From contig CM030333.1 of the NCBI GenBank assembly GCA_017654855.1, forward strand, positions 4,154,001-4,218,000: a stretch of DNA of 64,000 bases. The letters are read 5' to 3'. The position numbers were made by a program, and so were the translations under genes. The notes beneath the pieces are model-generated. The model was not told the DNA's origin and ran no database searches. It worked only from the letters and a program-made list of their open reading frames with translations. This document shows, one piece after another, positions 11,526 through 25,636 of the stretch (its first letter is position 1; every line of letters starts with the position of its first letter). Source of the stretch: Podospora anserina (lineage: Eukaryota).

Positions 11526-13398
11526 ATGGCGTCGTTGTCTTATCGTGACGATAGCCGTCAAGGTGCTGGCGGTCTAAGTGACGACGATGATAAGCCACTG
11601 CCTCTCGATTTCACCCACCACTACTCTGACACCACTAAAAGCCGGAATGCCAGTAAGATCAAGGCAATCTACAAGTTCTTCCAGATACCTGGCATTCTGA
11701 ACATTGCTGGTGGTATGTATTCTATCATGTCTCTTCTTGTAATAATCGTGATACTCAACTGCACCGCCAGGTCTCCCCAATGCCCAGTTCTTCCCCTACG
11801 ACACCTTGGAGGCACAGGCAGCCAAACCTGAGAGATGGTCTCCTTCCTCCGGGTCATCAAACCCTTCAGCACCAAACCACATCACCATCCCCCATGATGA
11901 TTCCACTCAGAAGGACCTCCTCCAAAAGATCGACCTAGCCACCGCCCTGCAGTACGGCATGGCCCAAGGCTACCCCCCCCTCCTCGGCTGGATCAGACAG
12001 TTCACCCGCGACCACCTCCACCCCGGCGTCCCCTACAAAGGTGGCCCCGAAGTAGTCCTCACCTGCGGCTCAACTGACGGGTTTGCCAAAGCCCTCAACC
12101 TCTTCGTCACCCCCTGGAGAACCACTGACCCCATCTCATCCCGTCCCGGCCTTCTCTGCGAAACCTACGTCTACACCAACATCACCAACCAAGCCACCCC
12201 CCTCGGCGTCCAAATGGTGCCCGTCAAAACCGACGAATCCGGGATGGCAGTCTCTGGCCCAGGGGGGTTAGAAGACGTCCTCGCGAACTGGGACAGCAGC
12301 AAGGGGAAACGCCCTCACTTGATGTATACCGTCACCCTAGGCCACAACCCAACCGGTATCCTCCTCTCGGTCGAGCGCAAGAAGGAAATCTACGCCATCT
12401 GCAGCAAATATGACGTGATAATCATCGAAGATGAGCCCTACTGGTACCTCCAATTCCCCGAAGCGAGCTCTCTCGAGGCCGAATCCCGTGGCCTGCCTCC
12501 CCCTCCTCGCTCCTCCCTTTCCACAGTCACCACTCCATCCTCCGGCTTCCCCTTCCTCGACTCCCTAACCCCATCCTTCACCCCCCTCGACACCGACGGC
12601 CGTGTCGTCCGCCTAGACACCTTCTCAAAAACAGTAGCCCCAGGCTGCCGTCTGGGCTGGATAACCGCCCAACCCGCCCTCATCGAGCGATTCGAACGAA
12701 TAACCGAAGCGACTACCCAACAACCCTCCGGCTTCGTCCAAGCTCTAATCTCCAAACTGTTGATCTCCCCCCCCCACCCCCCCCCACCCCATCCTTCTCC
12801 CTCTTCTCCCACCGCCCCCCTCTCCCAACCATCAGGCTGGCAACCGTCCGGCTTCGTAACCTGGCTCTCCGGCCTCCGCACCCGCTACCAGACCCGCATG
12901 GCAAGAATGTGCACCATCCTCGACTCCGGCTCCGTCCTCATCACCACCCCCCCAACCCGCTCCCACTCATGGGCCGTGGTGAAGAAAGTAAAGTTGTACG
13001 ACTTTTCGTGGCCGAGAGCGGGCATGTTCATCTGGTTGAGGATGCACTTCTTTTCACATCCTTTGTTCCCCGTTTTCAAGTCTGCCTTGTCAACCGCGTT
13101 GATGGTCTGGCTTACGGGGGGGGACTACAAGGTCTTGGTCACGACGGGGGCAATCTTCGCTGCGAATGACGAGATCAAGGAGGGGGAAGGGTGGGAGTAC
13201 TTCAGGCTTTGTTTTGCTGCCGAGGAGGAGGAGAATGTCGAGTTGGCTGCCGAGAGGTTTGTGGAGGGGGTGAAGGCGTTTTGGGAGGTGAGGGATCATG
13301 AGGTTATCAAGAAGCTGCTGGAGGAGGTGAAGAGTGACGACGAGGTGGTTGGGGAGCAAGAGGGGTTGGTGAATCTGGCTGGGTTCATGGGGTGTTAA
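11526..13398 (+). CDS. Aromatic amino acid/aminoadipate aminotransferase (PLP class I/II, ARO8-like); intron 11713-11770
   Basis: NIAGG|LPNAQFFPYDTL, ALQYGMAQGYPPL, GHNPTG, IIEDEPY, LDTFSKTVAPGCRLGW (PLP lysine intact). Confidence 0.9.
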
Positions 13399-13489
13399 AG
13401 ATACCAGGGATAGATGTTGGGGAGGCAATGTAACAATGGTATCGAATTTTTATGTAAAAGAAATACTTCCTGGTGTGATAGGACAGACT

Positions 13490-14879
13490 CTATGGTTTCT
13501 TCTCTTCCGCTTTCTTTTCTTCACCTCTGCCCCCAGTCCTATACTTGGCCGGAATTATCGGCGGCCCCAACGCCTTCCTGATCTCGTCAAACTCGGCCAC
13601 TCCATTCTTCCACTTGCCCTTCTTGACTCTGTTCTTACCCCGCACGTCATACTCACCCAAAAACTCGTCCAGCATGCTGTCAAAGTCTTGCCTGGTGGTC
13701 CCCTGGACAGTCGACATGGTGGACACGGCCGACACAGACGCCAAGTCGTCCTCGTCATAGTTATACTCCTCCTCGAGCTTCTCAAACCTTCTATCCAAGA
13801 TGTTGAGCTGCTCTGTCCGGTATATCGACGAAGAAGTCATCGAGTAGGTCGACGGGTTCGTCAACGCGCCCTTCCTCTTCTTTTGCCTCCCGCCATTGGT
13901 AGTGGTGGTCCAAATCGACGATTGAATCTCCGACGGCGTAGCCCCCCACCCAACCGCCTTCTTTTTCGGGGCCGCGGCACCAGACTTCTGATCATCCTTA
14001 AACTTCTTAAACTCTCCCATCCAGTCATCCGACGGTCCTTCTTGATCACCTTCCCTGGAAGTATCAACCAGCTCCGGCACCTGATCCTCCTCTTGACTCC
14101 GCTGCTGCTTCTTCTGCGCCGGCCCAGCCTTGACCGTACAATCCGACTCCCACCCCTCATCCTCATCCTCATCCTCCTCCCAAACATCCCTCAACTCATC
14201 CAGCTCCTCCGCATCCCCCTCCACCAGCCCCTTCAGCACATCCTCCCCCCCTTCCTCATCCACATACGCCTCATCCTCCAACGCCTCCAAAACCTCCCTC
14301 AACCTCGGGTCCATATCCGGCTGAAACCCCGCAATAGAATCAGGAACATCCTGCTGAGCCTGATACGTCAACCTCTGCAAATTCTTGCTCGGCAATATCT
14401 CCTCATCCAACAACCCCTCGCTCTTGTGCTCCAAGTCCATCTTTGCCAGCGCCTCCGACAAGTTCATCTTTTGTTTTCCCTTGGACTTTTGCAAGGAGGG
14501 CGCCTCGACAAAGACGGCCTCCCCGGCGCCGGTGCCGAGGTCGCGGAGGTGCTGCATGTAGTCGTACTCGGTGTCATCGTAGTAGACGCCGTAGTTGGCG
14601 GCCTCGCCCTCGTTGTCGCGGATCGAGGCGGCGTCGGAGCCGAGTTCCGAGGCGAGGTCGCTTAGGCCTTTGGATTTTGAATTTTTGGAGGGCGCGCTGG
14701 GGGCGAGGACCATGGAAGGGGCTGTGTCATCGTGGATGAGGGGGTCGTTCTGGGGGCGGTAGACGAGCGTGAAGTGGGTGGCTGTTTTTTTGTCGCTGTT
14801 CAGATGTGAGTATGACTTCGAGGTGAGGGGAGGTTGTTATCTGAGGGGAGTAGACTTACATCCACTTTCCTTTGCCCAT
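13490..14879 (-). CDS. LTV1: Low temperature viability protein Ltv1 (40S biogenesis); exons 14879-14860 and 14795-13490
   Basis: Spliced N-terminus [82 protein letters not shown]. Confidence 0.93.
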
Positions 14880-15574
14880 TTTTGGCTGGTTTGGTCAAGC
14901 AGTTGCGCTTGACGGACAGAGGTTGGTTTGGTTAGGGGCAAGTTCTCTACGTTCAGCTGATGGATGAGGGCAGGAAATGGAATTCTCGAATCAAGAGCCC
15001 AAAAAAGCTGTCAAGGTGGAATTTGTTATCAGAGTGCAGCACCACCACCACACCAAACCATGCACGCGGCAGAGCAAAGGAAAATTTTGGTGGGGTAGAA
15101 TACGTTTATCTTATCAAAGATTTTGCGGGAGGGGTACTTTTGAGCCAACACTTGTTCATAGAGACTATTCACTGCATCGAGCCTGAAGAGCAACACCAAG
15201 CTGGAATTGTTTGGATTAACTGCTGGAAGTGATAGAACAATGACTTTAGAGAAGAATTCATCCCTCAAAAAGTGCCCAGAGAGCTTTACGTAACCCGAAG
15301 GCGGCCAGAGACCGCCACACACAGTCATACCTAGGATAGGCACTAGGTACCCCAGCACCATCTCTGTCCGTCAGCGCAAATTTGCCCCTCCATTTATCAG
15401 CAATTCCATCAATAAACCACCACCCCGCCCAACTTTGCGACGGACGTTGTTCAACTTACATCACATCCCCCCCCAATTTCAGCACCTATAGCTACGATAT
15501 CCCGATCGTAGCGTGCTAGTAACACCATCCGAAAAAAACCACACATAGGCAACACCCGGCGGAAAACCGCAATC

Positions 15575-17578
15575 ATGGTCCTCGCCAAATCCAAAAAGTC
15601 GGTCGGTCTCGGCAACTCGCTGATGAACGACCGCTTCGGCAAGGGCAAAGGCTCCGACCGCAAGAGAGCCTCGGCCGTCACCCGTATCGACCATGCCACC
15701 GGCCAGGAATACATCACCAACGACAGGCAGGAAGCCTCCTGGGTCAAGATGCGCTCCATCACCGAGCAGGGCGCCCTCGACGAGTTCCTCGCCACCGCCG
15801 AACTGGCCGGCACCGATTTCACCGCCGAGAAGATGAGCAGCGTCAAGATCATCCACACGGACCAAAAGAACCCCTATCTCTTGTCCGCCGCCGAGGAGAG
15901 GGTCATTGTCGGGAAACAAAACCAGAACAAGGGCAAATTGACGGTTCCCAGAAGGCCAAAGTGGGATTCTACCACGACCAGGGAGCAGCTTGACAGGCTG
16001 GAAAAGGAGGCCTTTTTGGACTGGAGAAGAGGGCTGGCCGAGCTGGAGGAGACCAAGGACTTGCTCATGACACCGTTTGAGAGAAACTTGGAGGTGTGGA
16101 GGCAGCTCTGGAGAGTTATCGAGCGCTCTGATGTTGTTGTTCAGATTGTTGATGCCAGAAACCCGTTGATGTTCCGTTCTGAGGATTTGGAGAACTATGT
16201 CAAGGAGGTGGACCCCAAGAAGCACAACCTGCTGCTTATCAACAAGGCCGATATGATGACGTATAGGCAGAGAAAGATGTGGGCTGATTACCTCAAGGGT
16301 CAAAAGATTGCCTACAGGTTCTTCTCTGCTCATCTGGCCAAGGAGGCGCTCGAGGCTGTGGAGGAGGAGTCTGAGTCTGAGGAGGAGCCCACCGTTGCTT
16401 CTTCTAGCAAGAAGCCGGTTGCTGAGGTGAAGGAGGAGACTCGGGAGGAGGAGGAGGAGGAGGCTGAGGAGGCCGAGACCCAAGAAGAGCAGGAGGATGA
16501 GGATACCAGAATTCTGACGGTGGACGAGTTGGAGGATATTCTTTTGGAGCTTGAGCCGGCGAATACAGGTAAGCTACTGACCTAGATTTTGAACACCTCG
16601 ACACGAAGTTAACCATAATCATCAGACCCTGGTCACAAATTCACAGTCGGTTTGGTCGGTTACCCCAACGTCGGTAAATCGTCCACAATCAACGCTCTTG
16701 TTGGTGCCAACAAGGTGTCAGTTTCGTCCACCCCCGGTAAAACGAAGCATTTCCAGACCATTCACTTGAGTGAAAAGGTTTTATTGTGCGATTGTCCCGG
16801 TCTCGTGTTCCCCAACTTTGCCAACACCAAGGCAGAACTTGTCTGCAACGGTGTCTTGCCGATTGATCAGCTCCGCGAGTACACTGGTCCCTCCACTCTC
16901 GTGGCTACCAGAATCCCCAAGCCTTTTCTGGAGGCCATCTACGGTATCCAGATTTACACCCGCCCTCTCGAGGAAGGCGGCAATGGCATTCCTACTGGTG
17001 AGGAATTGCTCAGAGCGTATGCCCGTCACAGAGGTTTCATGACACAGGGTCTCGGTCAACCCGATGCCTCCAGAGCAGCGAGATATGTCCTCAAGGATTA
17101 TGTCGCTGGCAAGCTCCTCTACTGCAACCCGCCACCAGACAGTGTCGATGGTGCCGAGTTCAATCGCGAGCTCTACGACATTGCCCATCTGCCCGAGAAG
17201 AGAAGAGCTGCCCTGCAACAAGCACTGGACGAGATGACCATCGATGGTAGTGCAGCTGATGATGCTTCGGTTCTGACCGACTTCATCCCCCTTCCTCAGG
17301 GGCAAAAATCGCAAACACTGGACAAGGCTTTCTTCAAGAGCGGTGCGAACAACACTGGCAACTTCACCAGACCGTTCCAGTACAAGTACACGGAGCAGGG
17401 CAAGCAGGTTATGGAGGGCAAGAACTTGTCCGGGAGGAAACTGAGGGCTATGATTGCTCTCGAGAAGGGAATCGACCCGAAGGATGTGCAGATGACTACG
17501 GGGAAGAAGCATTATAAGGGGTCTATGAAGGGGAGAGGCAAGCACAGACGCAACAACGCGGATGATGATGAGCCATGA
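15575..17578 (+). CDS. LSG1: Large subunit GTPase 1 (circularly permuted GTPase, 60S maturation); intron 16569-16625
   Basis: TPFERNLEVWRQLWRVIERSD, NKAD (G4), VGYPNVGKSSTIN (G1), TPGKTKHFQT, DCPGLVFP. Confidence 0.96.
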
Positions 17579-17892
17579 ATGTTTTTTTTTCTCTGGTTGA
17601 AACTTGGGAAATGGGTTTGATATCATTAGAATCATTACTTTTGGCGTTATAAAAAGTCTCAATGGATTATTTCCGTGATGTTCACTTCGTACTTGTAGTT
17701 GCTCGTAATGTGAATAAATGCATATCCAACCCTAACCCGCCCCTCAAAATGGTCTGTGCCACGGGGCTCCAGAAAATTTCCAACTGCAACCTTGAGAGCC
17801 GTCTCAGAGCTTTTGGGCCGAGTGAGCTCCGGGCAAACCACTCCGATCAATCTCGAATTTCCGTCGCCCGCCGCCCGATCCCTTTCGAAGCC

Positions 17893-19044
17893 ATGGCGAG
17901 CGTCCGCGCCCTGTCCCGACCGACCCGGGGTGTTTCCCTGTCTCAAATATCCCGGCAGACCTGTTCCAGACGATGGGCTTCTTCAGCCGCCGCCGAGGCG
18001 CCTCTTGAGGACCTCGAGGACTCGGCTTTGGGGGCGCCGCCATTGAGGGAGGAGGAGAAGAAGACGTTTAGACCTTGGAAGAGGCAAGCAGACAGGAAGT
18101 TTGCTTTGCCAAGTGGGAGGTTTGTTTTTACCCCCCCCCTCTACATGGCAACAATATATTGACCTTTTGACACGACAGATACAACTACCACGCCCCCAAA
18201 TACGACCGCGGCCCCCTCCACCCGGTCCAACCCCTCCCCTCCTCGGAGCCCACAGCCCGCGACTTCGTCCCCGGCCCCTTCAACCTCCCCCGCCTACGAC
18301 AGACGTACCTCTCCACCGTCGCCTCCGACATCATGACGCTAACCTACAACCACATACCCCCCGGAACACCAAAGAAGGAAACACCCCAACGTCTTCGTGA
18401 ATGGGATGATTCCTCCCCCTACCACGCCAATCGCTCCCTCCGCGCCCCCCGCGGCGCGCCGGTGTTGCCGCTGCTGGAGAGGGATGTCAACTTTACGAAT
18501 ATACCCGAGATCAAGGAAATCACCCTCGCGGCGTACGTCCCTGCCGCGCTGCAGGACATGGACAATCTGCTTGTTGCCCGCGCGGCGCTGCTTGCTATTA
18601 CGGGGGTGCTGCCCGAGATGACAAAGACACGGACTAATGTCCAGCAGTGGAAGATTCGGGCGGGGGAGTTTGCGGGGTGCAAGGTTACTGTTAGGGGGAA
18701 TGAGGCGTATGAGTTTTTTGATCGGTGTGTGAACTTGGTGTTTCCGAGGATTAAGGACTGGAGGGGGATTGAGGCTACGACGGGGGACAGCTCGGGGAAT
18801 TTGGCGTGGGGGTTTACGCCCGAGGAGCTGAAGCTGTTTCCGGAGATGGAGGTCAATTTGGGGATGTATCCGCCCAAGGTGAGTACTCGGGTCTCAGTTT
18901 ATGATGAAGTGGTTGTGCTGACAAGAAAAATAGATGGTGCCTGGTTGCAGAGTGTACGTCAAGACTACGGCCACGTCGGATAGGCAGGCTAGGTTGCTGC
19001 TTCAGGCTATGGGGTTGCCGTTTTTTGGTGAAGTGAAGAATTAA
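17893..19044 (+). CDS. MRPL7: Mitochondrial ribosomal protein uL5m (MrpL7); introns 18120-18178 and 18879-18933
   Basis: Arg/Ser-rich presequence; REWDDSSPYHANR; ITGVLP; WKIRAGEFAGCKVTVRG; VFPRIKDWRG; GDSSGNLAWGF; spliced C-terminus TTATSDRQARLLLQAMGLPF. Confidence 0.9.
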
Positions 19045-19303
19045 AGGGGGCAGAGAGGGAGAGGAAGAACTTGTACAAAATACCAGTAAAAAAGTGTATA
19101 AATGTAACAACACATAGACAACCGGCAAGGTTTCTGAATCAAGAGTTTTGTTCATGTCAAGTGAGCAAAAGCCACACGCCATTGAATCTGCCCGTCTTAT
19201 CATGTCTATATTCACACGAACCCCTTCCCACCCAAAAACCCATTTTAAACCCCTCCCAAAAACGCCGTGTAATGCAAAATCATTTTTGTTGATCCCCCTT
19301 CCT

Positions 19304-19981
19304 TTAAGTCTTGTTACTCGTCCTCTTGACCCGCTCCTTCAACCCCTCCATAACCCTATCAACCCCATCCATATCCGTCGCATCCCCCACCTTTTGTTCC
19401 GCTTCATGATGACCCCCCTTGACCAGCTCCTCATGACAAACATCCAACGCAGGCTGGTAATTCCTCACCGCCGAACTCAACGCATAAACAGCCTTCCTCC
19501 TCACCCCTTCCTGTTCGTCCTCTGCCAGGATCATCTCCACCAACCTCGGCAACCCCCCCATCGCCAACAATCTCTCTTGTGACTTGATATTGTTTTGGAC
19601 AGCGGTGCCGACGCACCAGGCGGCGTACTTTCTGATTTCGGGCTCCGAGTGGGAGAGGAGGGCGAGGAGGGGGGTCCAGAGGGAGAGGTTGGAGAGGTTG
19701 TTTGCGTTGTCGAGGGACTCGATGAGCTGCTCGAAGTTGTCGAAGGCGATGAGCTTGTTTTCGAGGGTGGTGGTCGGGTCGTGGAGGACTTCCATTGCTG
19801 CTTTCATCAGGTCTGCGTCTGAGGGGCCGCCCATGAGGGCGGAGAGGATTTCGGGGTTGAGGTCGCTGCGGGGGGGCGGTTGGGAAAGGGGGGGGGAAGG
19901 GGCGGAGGGGTCGGCGGAGGGGTTGGAGACGGTGGAGTGCTCGATTCCCCATTTGAGGAGGTTGGTGAGGTTTTTATCCAT
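19304..19981 (-). CDS. FES1: Hsp70 nucleotide exchange factor Fes1
   Basis: NLLKWGIEHS, GGPSDADLMK, AFDNFEQLIESLDNANNL, AAWCVGTAVQNN, RRKAVYALSSAVRNY. Confidence 0.95.
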   Translation of the reverse strand: MDKNLTNLLKWGIEHSTVSNPSADPSAPSPPLSQPPPRSDLNPEILSALMGGPSDADLMKAAMEVLHDPTTTLENKLIAFDNFEQLIESLDNANNLSNLSLWTPLLALLSHSEPEIRKYAAWCVGTAVQNNIKSQERLLAMGGLPRLVEMILAEDEQEGVRRKAVYALSSAVRNYQPALDVCHEELVKGGHHEAEQKVGDATDMDGVDRVMEGLKERVKRTSNKT

Positions 19982-20265
19982 TTTGTTTGAGGGGGTGGTG
20001 GTGATGATGGTGGTGGTTGAAGGCTTCGAGATGTTTGATGGAGGGGTAGTTTGCGACAGACGGTTATGGAGGGGTGATCGGGTTCAGATGTGATTTTTGA
20101 CTGGCTGATATATCACCAGAACGTCTGGGAGAGAATGGGTATCTTGAAGAGTATGCGACTGGAGAAATATGGTCAAGATAAAACTCGGGAATCGCAGTCT
20201 TATGAAAAAAGTGATAGCGATATGACACCCAAAATTGAATCCCAATCTGTAATCTGCGATTGGCG

Positions 20266-20288
20266 TTCGCGAATGTTCAGGAAAATTC
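20266..20288. promoter_or_regulatory. Perfect 5-unit heat shock element upstream of FES1
   Basis: TTCgcGAAtgTTCagGAAaaTTC, about 285-307 bp upstream of the FES1 ATG. Confidence 0.85.
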
Positions 20289-22306
20289 TATCCCGAACGG
20301 GACTAGCGCGCTTGCACGTGAGTGTCTGTGAAGCTCATGATTTGTGTCCGACTGAGGCATTGGGGAGACATCACTTGATATGAATAGATTATGAAAGCCG
20401 GAGGGACTTGAACATAAGGAATATAAGCCAATTTCTGCCAAGTCTTCCAGAACAAAACCTCAAGATGAGGCTCGCTGATGATACTCCATATCGTAGACGA
20501 TACGATGCCGCTGTGATGGCTCGTGCGTTTACGTGCCCCTCCACACTTTTAGAACAAGGTGGAAAGCTGCCCCACCACTGCCCCTCATCGCCGCTCTTAA
20601 CGATTTCGCCTAAGCCAAAATGAAAAAAAGGGGAAGTTGAGGACACCATAGAGAGACAGGGGAAGGTAGCCACTTTATCATTAGGAGAATCATCTCCCAT
20701 TATCATCAACCCCCTGAACTTGCACGCAATTGCATCTCGAATCAATAATAGAGACGGATGATTACGCAATTAGCTCCTTTTGTTTCATACCTCAACCCCA
20801 ATCGGCGCTATATCGGACAACCTCAAACTTGTTATCAAAGGGGGAGGAGGCTCACCGACATATCTACATACTATGTATAATGGGGACCAACCGCAATCAA
20901 ATATCCAGCCTGGAATGATATCCCGTAGGACTTGTCCACCAACGGATTCCCCGGACCGGCCGAGATGCATTTCTCGGATTCTCCTTGGACTAGCGGTGGA
21001 GTTGCTGCTTGCAGTTGCAGCTGCCCGCCGCCGCCGCCTTGTTGGAAGTTATCAGCTATCTCACAGCGTGGACCCGGTATGGCCATATAGCCGCAACGCT
21101 TCCTGCTCGGGAACAGCCACCGGGAGAAACATAACGTTGTCCTTTTTTTTCTTCCGTTTTTTTTTTTTTTTTTCGAAGGTGGTTGTCTGGAATGCTGTTT
21201 CGAAGCTTTTGACGGTATCAAACTGCAAGGGCATACGTATACCTCCACTGCCCCATATTCTCATATTTTGAACGCAGCGCCCCGTGAAAGTCGAAAAAGG
21301 AGGTGCCTGCTTGGCGGTGGTGGTTTTGTGATGTTGGTGTTGAACGGGGTGTCTCGAGAACAAGATAATGGGGCCGAGTCGTCGTCAGCCTTTTCCCCGA
21401 CTTCATTTTTTCTTCATGATCTTGCAGTTCATCCCATCTTTCTTTCTTCATAGGTATTACTTGATGACAGTGATAGTGGCATTATTGATTGACAGGTGGA
21501 CAAGGCCACCGCCTCGGGAAAACACACCGTGCAGATACCTTGCCGCCTCCCCGCGTTGTGGCAACAGGTGCCAAGCGAAGCTGGGTCCATGAGGTCGCCG
21601 CACCGTATGGGTTGTGCCACGTACGGTATTGTGCTTACATAGCTCAACAACAGGTTGACAACTGGGAGAGCTGCGTAATTGTTGGTGAAGGTGGCTGGCT
21701 GCCTCGAGGACCTACAGAGAGAGGTACCTCTACTGTCGACGGCCAGAGAGGGACGGGATTGAGAGATGGAGAGACAAAGCGTTGGAATAGAAATAGATAG
21801 TTACAACTCCAAATATTCACAAGCTGTCAGCCCAGCCACATCAGTGACGAAGCAGACAACCAGGCCAGATTTGTTAAAGCGGCAAGTCGATCCCTTGTTT
21901 CTGCCAAATTAGGCGGTCTCGACTTGCCAGTGCCAGTTGATTTTATGTAGGCAGTCAGACAGGCAGTGGGTTGGGAAGCAGCTGTGACATCGTTGCAGGG
22001 GGGGACAGGGCCTTCCTTCGTCAGCGTGTGTGTGTGTCGCTCCACCCACCAGTCTCTCCTGGAGCGCTGGGGACTGGGGAGGGGGGGGAGGAACCAAGAC
22101 CCAAGCACTGACCTTAAATTCACCTCCCCTTTCCAACCTCGCGCCGCGGGAACCCATCTTTTTCCACTCTCCGCCTCTGCATCTGTCTCCGACAACCCAT
22201 AACCATCCATCAACCTCCTGCTCTTGACGATCCGGGAATCGCGCAAGCTGATTATTGACTTTTTCACCTTCAAACTTTTTCGTCTACAAGCAAATAATCT
22301 ATCAAA

Positions 22307-23938
<1,632 letters not shown>

Positions 23939-24400
23939 GGTATTTTCTCCTCATCTCCCCTCTTAACGGGCTGATGACTGACCGCCTCGTAGCATAGGGT
24001 GTGGCAGCTTCCCGGATCGTCGCCAGGCAGCGGTGACCTTTTGCTCTACTAGAGACCACAGCGGCGGCAGCGGCATGAGGCATTACTATGGCGTCGGGCT
24101 TGTATCTCGTGGACGAGACTCCTATTTACAAAAAGTTTGGACGCTGGTCAGGGGACGGTGGGCGTCTGTTCTCGGACGACACGGTAATTATCAGTCTCTG
24201 TGTTTCCTGGGCGGGCGGGTGCGATTGTGCGGGGGCAGCGCGTGGTACAAGTAGACCGTAAAGGTTGATGAAGCACTTTTTTTTACTTTTTTTTATTGCA
24301 CTAGCCATTGGGTGAATTTAGTTGTTTTTTTTCCGCTATCCTGTGGCTGTCTGTGTAAGAAGACGATAAAACAAGTTGATTATGGTTGGTTTGCCCTTGA

Positions 24401-25223
24401 TTATGGATTGTCTTGTTTATTTTGTATGACTGCTTGTCTGTCCACAGGTGGTTCTTTTAGATCATGACCGTTGCCGTCGACTTTTACCGTCTCCGACTTG
24501 GTGCCAGGTGTCTCTATTTCGTTGGACTCGTCGTGATATTCCTCATCCACAACCTCCCACTCGAACTCCTCCTCGTCCACTTCCTCTCCCTCTTGAACCT
24601 CTTTTGTCTCTGGCAAAGTCAACCCGGCAGCCCTGGCCTTTTCCTCAGCCAGTTTCCTGTGTTTTCTTCGGGATTTCTTTGCGGCACTGTCGGCCCTTTT
24701 CTTCGTGACGCTGCCGACGATGGCGACCCGGGACTGGGAACCGTTGTAGAGCTCGTCGAGGCGCTCGGCGAGGATGTCGCGGGCTATCTTGCGGTTTTGG
24801 GAGCGGGAGCGGGTGGCTTGGCACTTGATTACGATGTTGGTTGGGAGGTGTTTTATCTGGACGGCCGAGTTGGTTTTGTTCTGTTTTCAGTTGCGGTTTG
24901 TGTTAGTGGTGGTGCGGTTGGGTTTGGAGAGAGGGGGGTGAGTTTGGTGGGGGGGCGAGTATATAACGCACGATTTTCTGACCACCCGGGCCTGACCCCT
25001 TGAGGAAGGACTCTTCGATTTCGGATTCGGGGGGTGGTTTAGGTCTTGAGGGCATTTGTTTGCGGGATATGGTTTTTTTGTTTTGGTTGGGAGGGGTGGT
25101 GTGGAAGGGTGCGGGTATTGCTACTGCTGTTGTTGTTGTTGTTGTTGTTGGTGGTGGGAGGGGATGGTAACGGGTGAGGAGGTGGCATGGTTGGTGGCGG
25201 AGGAGGGGTCGTAGGGAAAACAT
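24401..25223 (-). CDS. Mitochondrial RF-1-domain peptidyl-tRNA hydrolase / ribosome rescue factor (GGQ; C12orf65/Pth3-like); intron 24971-24881
   Basis: EIEESFLKGSGPGGQKI|NKTNSAVQIKHLPTNIVIKCQATRSRSQNRKIAR followed by a basic tail; presequence-like N-terminus. Confidence 0.88.
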
Positions 25224-25636
25224 TGTGGCTGTAAACTGGAGGGATGGTTGAAGCTATACTCATGTCTGTAAGTGCTGGCTGTTGACGGCGTCACCAATCC
25301 ATCCCCGTGTCGCGACGCAGATAAGGAATTATGGAGTTGCCTTGTGGCTTATCGAGAATTGGCCAATCAGCCATACCCACCCAGTTAAATGGCCGATACT
25401 TCCGCCCCGACTTTGACTGACCGCCGCCGCCCGCCGCGACCCCCTGAACCGTCGCGCTTCTGGAACCTTGCCCAGTCCAGGAATTAATTCCCAAAAAGTT
25501 GCAACTTTTGCGACAACACACCACACCACACCACGCCTCACCACGCCACACCACACCACCATTCACCGTATTTCGCAAAGTTCAACAAAGAAGAATAGGA
25601 AAACAACAACAAAAAACAAACAAAAAAACCGCCAAA

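Noticed and set aside
13436-17662. Long antisense ORFs over LTV1 and LSG1 (409, 334 and 293 aa)
   Set aside because: Mirror frames of real genes; the Leu/Pro-rich composition reflects complementary Glu/Asp/Gly codons
20990-21250. Possible minus-strand mini-gene ending AAAAGSCNCKQQLHR (metallothionein-like CxC)
   Set aside because: Only two cysteines and no consistent exon structure
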